Shown: positions 50,434-61,262, counted from the whole stretch's first letter. The stretch is 63,967 nt of DNA, filler included, from 5 parts of 5 records of this genome joined end to end with filler, not necessarily neighbours in it; one strand, 5' to 3'. The notes: generated by a model not told the origin, from the sequence alone. Numbers and translations: made by a program.

Positions 50434-51333
50434 TTGAAAAAAAAGATTCTAATAACAGGAAGATCAGGGTTTATATGCAAAAATTTACAAACGTTTTTAA
50501 GTAATGATTATGAAGTAGAAACTATTTCATTGAGATATCAAAAGAATCAAATTTTGTTCATTGATAAGAGTTTTGATATAGTAATTCATACGGCAGGAAT
50601 GGCACATGATTTAAAGAATTCAAAAAGTCTAAATGATTATTTGGAATCAAACTTTAAATTAACAAAACAGCTATATTCTGCTTTTTTAAAATCAAATGCA
50701 AAAAAATTCTTATTTTTTAGCTCAGTGAAAGCAGTAGCTGATTCTATAGAGAATAAACTAGATTCAACTAAAGTACCTGATCCAAAAACTCATTATGGTA
50801 TATCAAAAAGGAAAGCTGAAGAATTTATAATTAAGCAAAATAATAAGAATAAATTTTTTTATATTTTAAGACCTTGTATGATACATGGTGATGCTAATAA
50901 GGGTAACTTAAATTTACTTTTTAACATTATAGATTCTGGTATCCCTTGGATTTTGGGTGCTTTCAAAAATTCCCGTTCTTTTTTAAGTATTGATAATTTA
51001 AATTTTATTGTTAAGGAATTACTAATTGGAGATATTGAATCAGGGATGTATTTTTTATCAGATAGCAAACCTATTTCTACAAATTCTATTGTTAAAAGAA
51101 TTGGAGTCTCAGTTTCTAAAAGAATAATTATACTTAAAATCCCAAAAATTATTGTTAAGTTTTTAGCAATCATTGGTGACTTTTTAAAACTTCCTATTAA
51201 CTCTGAAAGGTTGAAGAAACTTACTGAGAGTTATGTAGTTGATAATTCTAAAATTTTACAAATGATAAATAAAAAATTGCCATTAACAACAGAGGAGGGG
51301 TTAGATAAGACATTTAAAACATTGATTAAATAA
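50434..51333 (+). CDS. NAD-dependent epimerase/dehydratase
   Basis: [37 protein letters not shown]. Confidence 0.85.
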   Translation: MKKKILITGRSGFICKNLQTFLSNDYEVETISLRYQKNQILFIDKSFDIVIHTAGMAHDLKNSKSLNDYLESNFKLTKQLYSAFLKSNAKKFLFFSSVKAVADSIENKLDSTKVPDPKTHYGISKRKAEEFIIKQNNKNKFFYILRPCMIHGDANKGNLNLLFNIIDSGIPWILGAFKNSRSFLSIDNLNFIVKELLIGDIESGMYFLSDSKPISTNSIVKRIGVSVSKRIIILKIPKIIVKFLAIIGDFLKLPINSERLKKLTESYVVDNSKILQMINKKLPLTTEEGLDKTFKTLIK

Positions 51334-51341
51334 TAATAAAT

Positions 51342-52214
51342 ATGAAAGGAGTTATTTTAGCAGGAGGATCTGGTACTAGATTGTATCCTATAACAAAGGG
51401 AGTGTCTAAGCAATTATTACCAGTATATGATAAGCCTATGATTTATTACCCTCTATCTGTTTTAATGTTAGCAGGGATCAAAGAAGTTTTAATAATTTCA
51501 ACACCAGAGGACTTACCTAATTTTGAAAAATTATTAGGTGATGGTTCGGAAATAGGAATACAATTATCCTATAAAGAACAACCAAGTCCTGATGGTTTGG
51601 CCCAGGCATTTATAATTGGGGAAGCCTTTATTGGAAGTGATGATGTATGTTTAGTTTTAGGAGATAATATTTTCTATGGATATGGCTTTTCTGAAACATT
51701 ACGAAATGCAAGGAAAAATGTGTCAGAAGGAAAATCAACTGTTTTTGGCTATTATGTTAATGATCCCGAGCGTTATGGTGTGGCAGAATTTGATGATGAG
51801 GGTGTCGTAACTTCAATAGAAGAAAAGCCAGTAAACCCTAAATCTAATTATGCAGTAGTTGGTTTATATTTTTACACCAATGATGTTGTTAGAGTTGCAA
51901 AAAAAATAAAACCATCTCATAGAGGAGAATTGGAAATTACCTCCGTAAATCAAGAATACCTAAAACAACAAAATTTAAAGGTAGAATTACTAGGAAGAAG
52001 CTTTGCGTGGTTAGATACAGGCACTCATGATTCTTTGATGGAGGCAGGACAATTTATTGAAACCATTGAAAAACGTCAGGGGTTAAAAGTCGCTTGTTTA
52101 GAGGAAATAGCCTACAATATGAAATACATAAACAAAGAGCAGTTAAGTAAATTAGCAGAGCCCTTAAAGAAAAACACCTATGGGCAATATCTATTAAAAT
52201 TAGCAAAGCAATAA
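51342..52214 (+). CDS. rfbA: Glucose-1-phosphate thymidylyltransferase
   Basis: [48 protein letters not shown]. Confidence 0.96.
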   Translation: MKGVILAGGSGTRLYPITKGVSKQLLPVYDKPMIYYPLSVLMLAGIKEVLIISTPEDLPNFEKLLGDGSEIGIQLSYKEQPSPDGLAQAFIIGEAFIGSDDVCLVLGDNIFYGYGFSETLRNARKNVSEGKSTVFGYYVNDPERYGVAEFDDEGVVTSIEEKPVNPKSNYAVVGLYFYTNDVVRVAKKIKPSHRGELEITSVNQEYLKQQNLKVELLGRSFAWLDTGTHDSLMEAGQFIETIEKRQGLKVACLEEIAYNMKYINKEQLSKLAEPLKKNTYGQYLLKLAKQ

Positions 52215-52215
52215 A

Positions 52216-52770
52216 ATGAAGTTTATTAAAACTGAAATACCCGATGTTTATATTATAGAACCCACAGTTTTTGGAGATAATAGAGGGTATTTTTTAGAAT
52301 CTTTTAACTTAGAAAAGTTTGAGGAAAACATCTATCCTATTAAATTCGTGCAAGACAATGAATCTAAATCTTCTAAAGGAGTTTTAAGAGGTTTGCATTT
52401 TCAAAAACCTCCTTTTGAACAAGCTAAATTAGTCCGCTGTATTGAAGGAAGAGTTTTAGATGTTGCGGTAGATATTAGAAAGGAGTCTCCAACTTATGGA
52501 AAGCATCTAGCGATAGAGCTTTCAGAAAAAAATAAAAGACAATTGTTTATTCCAAGGGGTTTTGCACATGGATTCTCTGTTTTGAGCGATACTGCTGTTT
52601 TTGCTTACAAAGTAGATAATAGCTATGCACCAGAATCTGATTCGGGTATTAGATATGATGATAAAGAGTTGAATATAGACTGGGGCTTAAATAAGGAAGA
52701 AGTTCAATTATCAGTGAAAGATAAAAATTTGTTATTTTTTAAAGATTTTGAAACCCCTTTTAAATTCTAA
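52216..52770 (+). CDS. rfbC: dTDP-4-dehydrorhamnose 3,5-epimerase
   Basis: DNRGYF, QDNES.S, GVLRGLHFQ, GFAHGF. Confidence 0.96.
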   Translation: MKFIKTEIPDVYIIEPTVFGDNRGYFLESFNLEKFEENIYPIKFVQDNESKSSKGVLRGLHFQKPPFEQAKLVRCIEGRVLDVAVDIRKESPTYGKHLAIELSEKNKRQLFIPRGFAHGFSVLSDTAVFAYKVDNSYAPESDSGIRYDDKELNIDWGLNKEEVQLSVKDKNLLFFKDFETPFKF

Positions 52771-52774
52771 ATAT

Positions 52775-53025
52775 ATGAATATTTTAGTTACAGGATCTAA
52801 TGGGCAGTTGGGTTCAGAAATAAAGGATTTAGCAGCAAACTATGCTAATTTCAGTTTCTTTTTTATGGATTTACCTGCATTGGACATTTGCAACTCTAAT
52901 CAGCTAGATGTTTTTTTTAAAGATAAAAATATAAATACGGTTATTAACTGTGCCGCATACACAGCGGTAGATAAAGCAGAGCAGGATTCAGACACTGCTG
53001 AAAAAGTAAACTCAGAAGGAGTTTT
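52775..53025 (+). CDS. rfbD: dTDP-4-dehydrorhamnose reductase (3' partial)
   Basis: VTGSNGQLG, INCAAYTAVDKAE. Confidence 0.92.
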
Positions 53026-53125
53026 NNNNNNNNNNNNNNNNNNNNNNNNNNNNNNNNNNNNNNNNNNNNTTAATTAATTAANNNNNNNNNNNNNNNNNNN
53101 NNNNNNNNNNNNNNNNNNNNNNNNN
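53026..53125. other. Artificial contig spacer
   Basis: N44-TTAATTAATTAA-N44. Confidence 0.98.
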
Positions 53126-53951
53126 TTCTAATATTTTAAAACTTGATTCAGTAAAACGATCTTATGAATTAGCTTCAAATCTTGAAAAAGGGAAACACTC
53201 TGTTGAGATTTTTAAACGAACAGAATGGGGAAATGGCTTAAGTAATTTCTATGGCTTTAAGATTAATAATGGTAAAGTATTACCTAAATCTAATGTTAAG
53301 AAAAGAAAAATGGAGTTTTATGGTAATTCTGTTTCTGCAGGATATGCTGTAGATGATTTATCAGGAAGAGATTTGCACGATAGTATTTACACTAATAACT
53401 ATAAAAGTTATGCTGCTCTTACAGCAAGACATTACAATGCGAAGTATCATTGTATATGTAAAAGTGGTATAGGGGTTACTGTTAGTTGGGATTCCTTAAT
53501 AATGCCTGAGATATATAATAAATTAATTCCAACAGATTCATCCAGTTTCTGGGATTTTTCAAATTATAGCCCTGATATTGTTGTGGTTAATTTATTCCAA
53601 AATGATTCATGGTTAGTTGAGTTACCTAATCATGAAGAATATATTAAACGTTTTAACAAAACACCCCCAACTGATAATCAGCTAATAACTGCTTACCAAA
53701 ACTTTATTCTAAATTTAAGAAAACAATATCCAAAGACAAATATTATCTGTACACTTGGAAGTATGGATGCAGCAAAACAAGATTCAAAATGGATAAAATA
53801 TATTAAAACAGCAGTTAATAATTTAAAAGACAATAAGATATACACCCACATTATGCCGTATATTGAATCTAATACACACCCATCAGAAGAAGACAATCAA
53901 GTTATGTCTAAAGATTTGATCAATTTTATTGACAATCACATAGATTGGTAA
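53126..53951 (+). CDS. SGNH carbohydrate esterase (CE2-like), 5' partial
   Basis: Frame open from contig start: GKHSVEIFKRTE (CE2 N-domain-like), EFYGNSVSAGY, SGIG, NLFQND, THPS. Confidence 0.8.
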
Positions 53952-53995
53952 TTTTAAAATAAAAATTAATACTTTTAAATTAAATAAATATCTTT

Positions 53996-55909
53996 ATGAG
54001 TAACTATCACATAAAACATCTAGAAGAATATTACAAGGTATACAGAAAATCTGTTCGTGAACCTGAAAATTTTTGGGAAGAAATAGCAGAAGAACATTTT
54101 TTATGGAGAAAAAAATGGAATTCAGTTTTAAAATGGGATTTTTCAAAACCAGAGGTTAAGTGGTTTGAAGGAGCTAAATTAAATATTACCGAAAATTGTA
54201 TTGATAGACATTTAACAACTAGAGGCAATAAAACAGCAATTTTATTTGAACCTAATAACCCCGAAGAAAAACCTGAACACATAACATATAATGAGCTTCA
54301 TAATCGAGTAAATAAATTTGCTAATGTACTCAAGAAAAAAGGAATAAAAAAAGGAGATAGAGTCTGTATTTATATACCAATGATTCCTGAATTAGCTATT
54401 TCTGTTCTTGCTTGTGCTAGAATTGGAGTAATTCACTCAGTTGTTTTTGCAGGGTTTTCTGCTAAAGCGTTAGCAACTAGAATTAATGACTCAGATTGTA
54501 AAATGGTTATTACTGCAGATGGTTCATTTCGTGGAACTAAAACTATAGATTTAAAAGTTATAGTTGATGAGGCATTACAGAATTGTAACTGTGTAAAAAC
54601 TGTATTAGTAGTTAAAAGAATAATGACTAATGTTGATATGAAAGATGGCCGAGATTATTGGTTAGCTCCACTATTAGAAAATAGTTCAGATCAATGTGAA
54701 GCAGAAGTAATGGATGCAGAAGATCCTTTATTTATCTTATATACTTCTGGATCTACAGGTATGCCAAAGGGAATGGTTCATACTACTGCTGGTTATATGG
54801 TTTACACAGCATATACTTTTAAAAATGCATTTCAATACAGAGAAAACGATGTCTATTGGTGTACCGCGGATATTGGGTGGATTACTGGTCATAGCTACAT
54901 AGTTTATGGTCCATTGGCAAATGGAGCTACAACTCTAATGTTTGAAGGCATTCCAAGTTATCCAGATTATGGACGTTTTTGGGATATCATACAAAAACAT
55001 AAAGTAAGCCAATTTTATACTGCACCTACAGCAATTAGAGCTTTAGCTAAACAAGGATCCTCATTTATTGATAATTATGATTTATCGACTTTAAAAGTAT
55101 TAGGTTCTGTAGGTGAGCCTATTAACGAAGAAGCCTGGCATTGGTATAATGAAAATGTTGGAAAGAAAAAAAGCCCAATTATTGACTCTTGGTGGCAAAC
55201 TGAAACAGGTGGAATAATGATTACTCCTATTCCATACGTAACACCCACCAAACCAACTTATGCTACATTACCTTTTATTGGTATTCAACCTTGTTTAATG
55301 GATGAAAATAACGAAGAATTAAAAGGAAATCAAGTTGAAGGAAAGCTATGTATAAAATTTCCTTGGCCTAGTATAGCTAGAACTATTTGGGGTAACCATA
55401 ATCGTTATAAAGAAACATATTTTTCAGCATTTGAAAACAAATACTTTACAGGAGATGGTGCTTTAAGAGATGAAGTAGGATATTACAGAATAACAGGAAG
55501 GGTTGATGATGTAATAATTGTTTCTGGACACAACTTGGGAACTGCACCTATTGAAGATGCTATTAATGAACACCCAGCTGTAGCAGAGTCTGCAATAGTT
55601 GGTTTTCCTCATGATATTAAAGGAAGTGCTTTATATGGATATATAACTCTAAAAGATATTAGTGAAACTAGAAATCATGAAAATGTAAGAAAGGAGATTA
55701 ATCAATTGATAACAGATAGGATTGGTCCTATTGCGAAGTTAGATAAAATTCAATTTACTAACGGTTTACCCAAAACTCGCTCTGGAAAAATAATGAGAAG
55801 GATTCTAAGAAAAATAGCTTGTAATGAAAAGAATCAATTAGGAGATATTAGTACTTTATTAAATGAAGAAGTTGTAAAAGAAATAATCGATAACTCCCTA
55901 ATTAAATAA
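53996..55909 (+). CDS. acs: Acetate--CoA ligase
   Basis: YTSGSTGMPKG, ADIGWITGHSY, SVGEPIN, WWQTETGG, GRVDD, LPKTRSGKIMRR. Confidence 0.96.
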   Translation: MSNYHIKHLEEYYKVYRKSVREPENFWEEIAEEHFLWRKKWNSVLKWDFSKPEVKWFEGAKLNITENCIDRHLTTRGNKTAILFEPNNPEEKPEHITYNELHNRVNKFANVLKKKGIKKGDRVCIYIPMIPELAISVLACARIGVIHSVVFAGFSAKALATRINDSDCKMVITADGSFRGTKTIDLKVIVDEALQNCNCVKTVLVVKRIMTNVDMKDGRDYWLAPLLENSSDQCEAEVMDAEDPLFILYTSGSTGMPKGMVHTTAGYMVYTAYTFKNAFQYRENDVYWCTADIGWITGHSYIVYGPLANGATTLMFEGIPSYPDYGRFWDIIQKHKVSQFYTAPTAIRALAKQGSSFIDNYDLSTLKVLGSVGEPINEEAWHWYNENVGKKKSPIIDSWWQTETGGIMITPIPYVTPTKPTYATLPFIGIQPCLMDENNEELKGNQVEGKLCIKFPWPSIARTIWGNHNRYKETYFSAFENKYFTGDGALRDEVGYYRITGRVDDVIIVSGHNLGTAPIEDAINEHPAVAESAIVGFPHDIKGSALYGYITLKDISETRNHENVRKEINQLITDRIGPIAKLDKIQFTNGLPKTRSGKIMRRILRKIACNEKNQLGDISTLLNEEVVKEIIDNSLIK

Positions 55910-55914
55910 TTATT

Positions 55915-57954
55915 TCATTCTGTCGAGAACGAAGAAGCCGGTAAGCCTTCTTTATTAAATAAAGTAGCTATACTAACATCACTCCATGCGTATCTAGCAT
56001 ACATTGGTTTTACAACTTCTCTAGACGAAAGACTAATTCTTTTACCAACAACTTTTGCGTTAGCCTTAAAATATATTTTGTTTTTTCCAGCTATTTCAAA
56101 TTCAGATATTTTATTTGAATTTAAAACAAGTCCTGTTCCAATAGAATTAAAATCTATAAAAATTTCTTTACCATTTACTTCAAAGTTTTTATAGAGTGGA
56201 CCAGAGGCTGTTATTTTTTTATTATAATCATTTTTTAAAGCAAGTCCAGCTAACCTGTATCCCACATCGTGTTTATTAGATGGATGAATGTCATTTGTTT
56301 CACCAATATCTAAAGTGACTACCATACCAGTTTTGTCTAGCTTTAATGCTTTTCGTTGAGATTCTCTAAGATATGAGGAAAGTCCATTATAATCTTCATA
56401 AGGTGCTATTTGAACATAATAAAATGGAAAATTAGTATCCCACTTTTCTCGCCAATCTTCTATCAGTGCGGGGAGGAGAGTCTCATATTCTTTGAATCTT
56501 GCAACATTATTTTCTCCTTGGTACCAAATAGCTCCTTTGATTTTATACGGAACTAGCGGATTGATCATTGCATTAAAAAGAACTGATTTTGAGTTTGGAG
56601 AAAGATTTATAACTTTCGGTCTTTTTGAAAAATCGATGTTATCATTGTCATATAAATAGAATGACATATATGGCCATTTGAAATCCTCTAAATCATTATA
56701 AATTTCAGCTAAAACTATATAATCCCATTTACCGTTTAAAGATTGGTTATTTCCCAAAGAGTTCAATAGATTGATTTTACCAATTTTACCTACTTTATTT
56801 TGGTTAATTACACGGATAGAAATAGTATTTAATCCAATTTTCAGAATATTTTTGTCAATTTCATACGACTTAGTATTTCTACTTTTTTTTCCTAAACTTG
56901 AGCCAATTTTAATGCCATTTAAGTAAGTGAAATCCATATCGATAGTCTCTCCTATCTCAACACTATAATCTCCTTTAATTTCTTTAATATTAAATGTTTT
57001 TTTAAATAAAATTGTACCATCAAAGTCATTGGTTAAAAAAATATTGTCAAATATTCCAGGAATTGATATTTGACTCCATTTTGTTTGATCAAAGTCATAA
57101 GAATTAATAAATTTTTGGTCTTTAAAATCAATGTCTTTCCAACTTTCAGGTAACCCAAGTGGATCATCTAAAAATAAATAAAAAACATCCGATGGTAATT
57201 TTATGGACTCAAATTGTGAAAACCAGTTCCTAGAATTTAAATATCCTAATTTTATTTTGTCATGTGAATTCATATGAGAATCCATAAAATCTATAGTTTT
57301 TAATTTTTCCTTACTTGTCCACGCTTCAATATCTGTCCCTCCCAAGCTGGCATTAATTATTCCAATTGGAACTTTTAATTCATTATATAATTTTTTAGCA
57401 AAGAAATATCCTGTAGCACTAAAGTTAACTATACTATCTTTTACTGCTTTTATCCATTTTCCATCAAGGTTATTAATTGGAGATGATTGCATGTTTTTTG
57501 ATACATTAAACATTCTGATTTTAGAGAAATTTGCAGTTCTCATTTCAAATTCAGAGTAATCTGTGGTGTTGCAACAATAGTCAAAATCCATTTCCATATT
57601 TGATTGGCCAGAGGCTAGCCATACTTCACCAATCAATACATCTTTTATTGAAATTTTGTCTTTACTTGTTTTAACATCGATTACATATGGACCACCAGCT
57701 GAAGGAGTTAGTATTTTTAGCTTCCATTCTCCGTTTTTATCAGATTCTGTCATAGATTTTTGACCCCAGCTAGTATTTACATTTATTTTGATTGAAGGAA
57801 TACTTTTTCCCCAAAACGTTACACTATCTTGTTGCTGAAGGACCATGTGATCAGAAAAAAGTGAATTTAGTTCTAATTTTATGTTTTTAGAATTTTCACA
57901 AGTAGTAAATAAAACAAATAAAGTTGAGGCAAATATTAAAATAAAGAATCTCAT
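55915..57954 (-). CDS. Sialate O-acetylesterase-like (SASA) lipoprotein
   Basis: Lipobox FTTC; GEVWLASGQSNM, WYQGENN, DIHP.NK, GLPASSF; internal sugar-binding-like insert. Confidence 0.88.
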   Translation of the reverse strand: MRFFILIFASTLFVLFTTCENSKNIKLELNSLFSDHMVLQQQDSVTFWGKSIPSIKINVNTSWGQKSMTESDKNGEWKLKILTPSAGGPYVIDVKTSKDKISIKDVLIGEVWLASGQSNMEMDFDYCCNTTDYSEFEMRTANFSKIRMFNVSKNMQSSPINNLDGKWIKAVKDSIVNFSATGYFFAKKLYNELKVPIGIINASLGGTDIEAWTSKEKLKTIDFMDSHMNSHDKIKLGYLNSRNWFSQFESIKLPSDVFYLFLDDPLGLPESWKDIDFKDQKFINSYDFDQTKWSQISIPGIFDNIFLTNDFDGTILFKKTFNIKEIKGDYSVEIGETIDMDFTYLNGIKIGSSLGKKSRNTKSYEIDKNILKIGLNTISIRVINQNKVGKIGKINLLNSLGNNQSLNGKWDYIVLAEIYNDLEDFKWPYMSFYLYDNDNIDFSKRPKVINLSPNSKSVLFNAMINPLVPYKIKGAIWYQGENNVARFKEYETLLPALIEDWREKWDTNFPFYYVQIAPYEDYNGLSSYLRESQRKALKLDKTGMVVTLDIGETNDIHPSNKHDVGYRLAGLALKNDYNKKITASGPLYKNFEVNGKEIFIDFNSIGTGLVLNSNKISEFEIAGKNKIYFKANAKVVGKRISLSSREVVKPMYARYAWSDVSIATLFNKEGLPASSFSTE

Positions 57955-57962
57955 ATGTAAAT

Positions 57963-58658
57963 TTATTTTAATGCCTTGTTTATTGCATCTTCCACTAATT
58001 TTTCCATTACTAAATATCCGTTTAAATTTGGGTGCACTAAATCATTAGCTGATGTGTAATCAGGGACTTTTAAACCTCCTTTATCATCAACCATTTCGGA
58101 ATAATAATCTAGATAAATAAATCCATTTTTGTCAGAAAATAATTTTAATTCTTTATTAATTTTTATAATTTTTGTAGCAGGGTCTAAACCTGGCTTCCAC
58201 AAATATTCAATAGCTGGTAAAATTGAAGAGATAATTACCTTAATTCCATTTGAATTAGCAATCTCTGCCATTGATTTAATGTTTCCTAAAATATCTTCTT
58301 CTGATGTATATCCTGTGTTTCCTGCTATGTCATTAGTTCCAGCTAAGATTACTACCACTTTTGGATTTAAATTCAAAACATCTTGTCTAAATCTTAGTAA
58401 CATTTGAGGAGTTGTTTGGCCTCCTATTCCACGATTTATATATCCTTTATTTTTAAAGAATTGGGGATGCATAATAACCCAGCCCTCAGTAATTGAATTT
58501 CCCATAAAGACAACTCTATTATGACTCTCGGTATTTAATGCAAGTTCTAGATTTGCTTTATCATAACGACTTGTATTAGCAAATTCACTCCAATTTTGTG
58601 AGTTGATTAGTAATGATGATAATAAAGTTAATGTTATAAGTAAAAAATTTCCTTTCAT
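57963..58658 (-). CDS. Secreted SGNH/GDSL hydrolase
   Basis: Signal peptide; FMGNSIT, NRGIGGQTT, AGTNDI, DLVHPN. Confidence 0.9.
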   Translation of the reverse strand: MKGNFLLITLTLLSSLLINSQNWSEFANTSRYDKANLELALNTESHNRVVFMGNSITEGWVIMHPQFFKNKGYINRGIGGQTTPQMLLRFRQDVLNLNPKVVVILAGTNDIAGNTGYTSEEDILGNIKSMAEIANSNGIKVIISSILPAIEYLWKPGLDPATKIIKINKELKLFSDKNGFIYLDYYSEMVDDKGGLKVPDYTSANDLVHPNLNGYLVMEKLVEDAINKALK

Positions 58659-58716
58659 ATCAGATTTAGTTTTTAAAAGGTTTAATTAAATCCCAAAATT
58701 TTATTATTCAATATAA

Positions 58717-58746
58717 AAAGAAGAGTGATTTAAATCACTCTTCTTT
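58717..58746. terminator. Perfect 30-bp palindrome, probable intrinsic terminator
   Basis: AAAGAAGAGTGATTT/AAATCACTCTTCTTT at contig end. Confidence 0.6.
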
Positions 58747-58846
58747 NNNNNNNNNNNNNNNNNNNNNNNNNNNNNNNNNNNNNNNNNNNNTTAATTAATT
58801 AANNNNNNNNNNNNNNNNNNNNNNNNNNNNNNNNNNNNNNNNNNNN
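58747..58846. other. Artificial contig spacer
   Basis: N44-TTAATTAATTAA-N44. Confidence 0.98.
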
Positions 58847-59386
58847 GACAATAATAGATCAGTCGTATTTGGTGCTGCAGATACTTTTAGAGCTGCAGCC
58901 ATTGACCAGTTACAGGTTTGGGCAGCTAAAGTTAAGGTTGATATTATAAAATCAGAAATAAATAGCGATCCAGCTTCTGTGGCCTTTAAAACAGCAGAAT
59001 TCGCAAAAAAAAATCAAATTGATATTGCATTAATTGATACGGCGGGACGCCTTCAAAATAAAAAAAATTTAATGGAAGAGTATAAAAAAATTATAAACGT
59101 TTTAAAAAAAATTGATCCCTCTTATCCAAATGAAGTAATTTTAGTGTTAGACGCAACAACTGGTCAAAACGCTTTGAATCAAGTTGAAGAATTTAGTAAA
59201 ATACATGATCTAACTGGGTTAATAATTACAAAACTAGATAGCACAGCTAAAGGCGGTGTGGTGCTAGCTATTTGTAAAAAATATGGATTACCAATAGTAG
59301 CAATTGGGATGGGAGAAAAAGAAACCGACTTGCATCCTTTTAATGCTGAATATTTTTCAAAAGCCTTATTGGGTATTGAAAATTAA
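58847..59386 (+). CDS. ftsY: Signal recognition particle receptor (5' partial)
   Basis: AADTFRAAA, DPASV, DTAGRLQ, DATTGQN, TKLDSTAKGG, GMGE. Confidence 0.95.
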   Translation, partial: DNNRSVVFGAADTFRAAAIDQLQVWAAKVKVDIIKSEINSDPASVAFKTAEFAKKNQIDIALIDTAGRLQNKKNLMEEYKKIINVLKKIDPSYPNEVILVLDATTGQNALNQVEEFSKIHDLTGLIITKLDSTAKGGVVLAICKKYGLPIVAIGMGEKETDLHPFNAEYFSKALLGIEN

Positions 59387-60183
59387 ATTTTATTAATGAA
59401 TAGCTTAATCTCATTCAGCAATTGTTTATTATAATTCATCATATGATCATCGTCCTCTGGAAAATAGCTATATTTTGGGTTGTTAGCTTTTTCAAAAAGT
59501 TCTAGGCCCATTTGTTGTGGAACAATATTATCCATTTTACCATGCATTATAAAAATTGGAGTATTAATGTTTTTAATCTTACCGATAGAGTCGTACCTGT
59601 CTTTTAATATAATACTTACTGGAAGGTATGGATAATAAATCTTTGCTGCATTAGCTATAGATGTAAACGGAGACTCTAATATAATGCCACCAAATGCATT
59701 ACTTGTTCCTAGTTCTGTAGCAACACCTGTTCCTAGTGACTCTCCATACAGAATTATATTTTTGCTGATTACACCCTGATTATTAAGCCATTTAACCGAT
59801 TCATCTGCATCACGATATAAATTTTTTTCAGTTGGTTTACCTTTGTTACCACTAAAACCTCTCCATGAAATTAATAAAATATTTACATCCAGTTTATTAA
59901 GTTCGTTTAACTTATAAACTCTATTAAATAAATTACCTGCATTGCCATGAAAAATTAAAATAGTTTTAAATTTATCTAGATCTTTTTTTATGAACCAAGA
60001 TTTTAATTTAATTTTTTTATCGGTTTCTATAAAAATTTCTTCATAATTAAAAGTTATTTTGTCATTTAAATAATTATTTTCACTTGGGTGGTAAAGCAAG
60101 TTTCTTTGATAAAAATAAACAAATAAAATTATTATAAAATAGGCAAGAACAACCGATGATACTGCTAAGTATAAATATTTCAT
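59383..60183 (-). CDS. Alpha/beta hydrolase (ABHD13/17-like)
   Basis: N-terminal TM, FHGNAGN, RGFS, GESLG, HGKMD, DH. Confidence 0.88.
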   Translation of the reverse strand: MKYLYLAVSSVVLAYFIIILFVYFYQRNLLYHPSENNYLNDKITFNYEEIFIETDKKIKLKSWFIKKDLDKFKTILIFHGNAGNLFNRVYKLNELNKLDVNILLISWRGFSGNKGKPTEKNLYRDADESVKWLNNQGVISKNIILYGESLGTGVATELGTSNAFGGIILESPFTSIANAAKIYYPYLPVSIILKDRYDSIGKIKNINTPIFIMHGKMDNIVPQQMGLELFEKANNPKYSYFPEDDDHMMNYNKQLLNEIKLFINKI

Positions 60184-61076
60184 TATTTAATCTTTCTAGC
60201 TAAATATACTCCGGAAAAAACAAAAATTGCTCCAAAGTAATGAAAATTTAAAAGCTCCTCATCAAATATTATAATTCCATAAATAGCTGAATAAATTGAA
60301 AATATATATAGAGTAAATCCAGCAAGAGATACTCCAACATACTTTTGAACTTTTGTATAAAGTGTAAAGGCTATTATTCCAGGTGATATAGCTGCAAACA
60401 ATACCCAGAAAAAGAAATTGTTATTAAATACTGTTTTAAAATAAAAAATTTCTTCTAAAATATAAAATGGAAATAATGTTATAGCTCCAAATAAAGCTAT
60501 CAATGTAAATCTTGCCATTAAACTAAAGTTACTTTTCCAGTTTAAAAGATAAATAGAATAAATAGCCCATCCTATAGCAGCACCAATCATCCATAAGTCT
60601 CCTGATGTGAATTTGAAATTTAATAATAAATCAATTTTACCCTTACTAATTATTGCTAAAACTCCAATTAAACATAAAAGCAAACCAATTATTCTTGATA
60701 CATTTATCTTATCTTGAAAAAACATAACTGAAAGAATAATTATAAAGATAGGCGAAGAGGTATAAATGATTCCCATATTGGCCATCGTTGTTGACATTCC
60801 AGCAATAAAAGGAAATGCACCACAAACACCGCACCCCATCGAACCTAAAAAAAATAATTTCCAAAATTCTTTATTAAAACTCTGTTTATTTTTAACAATC
60901 TCTTTATAAAAAAAAGGTAGTAAGATTAGAAAAACAGTAACCCATCTCCAGAAAGCAAGCGACACGGGAGGCACGTATTCTACTCCTCCTCTTGCTACAA
61001 TTATGTTGGTAGCCATAAAGATTGGCTGAACAAAAAGCAAAATATAAGGAAGATAGGGTGAGCTTTTGTTTAGCAA
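60183..61076 (-). CDS. DMT/EamA family transporter
   Basis: About 10 TMs in two EamA-like halves; PPVSLAFWRW, GDLWM. Confidence 0.85.
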   Translation of the reverse strand: MLNKSSPYLPYILLFVQPIFMATNIIVARGGVEYVPPVSLAFWRWVTVFLILLPFFYKEIVKNKQSFNKEFWKLFFLGSMGCGVCGAFPFIAGMSTTMANMGIIYTSSPIFIIILSVMFFQDKINVSRIIGLLLCLIGVLAIISKGKIDLLLNFKFTSGDLWMIGAAIGWAIYSIYLLNWKSNFSLMARFTLIALFGAITLFPFYILEEIFYFKTVFNNNFFFWVLFAAISPGIIAFTLYTKVQKYVGVSLAGFTLYIFSIYSAIYGIIIFDEELLNFHYFGAIFVFSGVYLARKIK

Positions 61077-61085
61077 GTTAAAGAG

Positions 61086-61262
61086 TTATTTTTTATTGCT
61101 AAAAGCATCATAAAACATCATTCCAATTGCAATAATCATTAATATATAAACAGGTAATATATCAAAAAAACCAATCATTGATGATCTTGTGAGTGTTGTA
61201 GCTAATCCAATTAAAAAAGATGCTGCTAAAGCTAAACCAATAATTGTTGTTAATTTATTCAT
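61086..61262 (-). CDS. Small two-TM membrane protein (58 aa; absent from the ORF track)
   Basis: Manual translation MNKLTTIIGLALAASFLIGLATTLTRSSMIGFFDILPVYILMIIAIGMMFYDAFSNKK; overlaps the amidase stop and fills the gap exactly. Confidence 0.75.
   Translation of the reverse strand: MNKLTTIIGLALAASFLIGLATTLTRSSMIGFFDILPVYILMIIAIGMMFYDAFSNKK

Noticed and set aside
17577-58846. Four copies of TTAATTAATTAA as a biological repeat or CRISPR-like element
   Set aside because: Each is centred in a 100-nt N spacer and truncates genes on both sides; it is a contig-joining linker.
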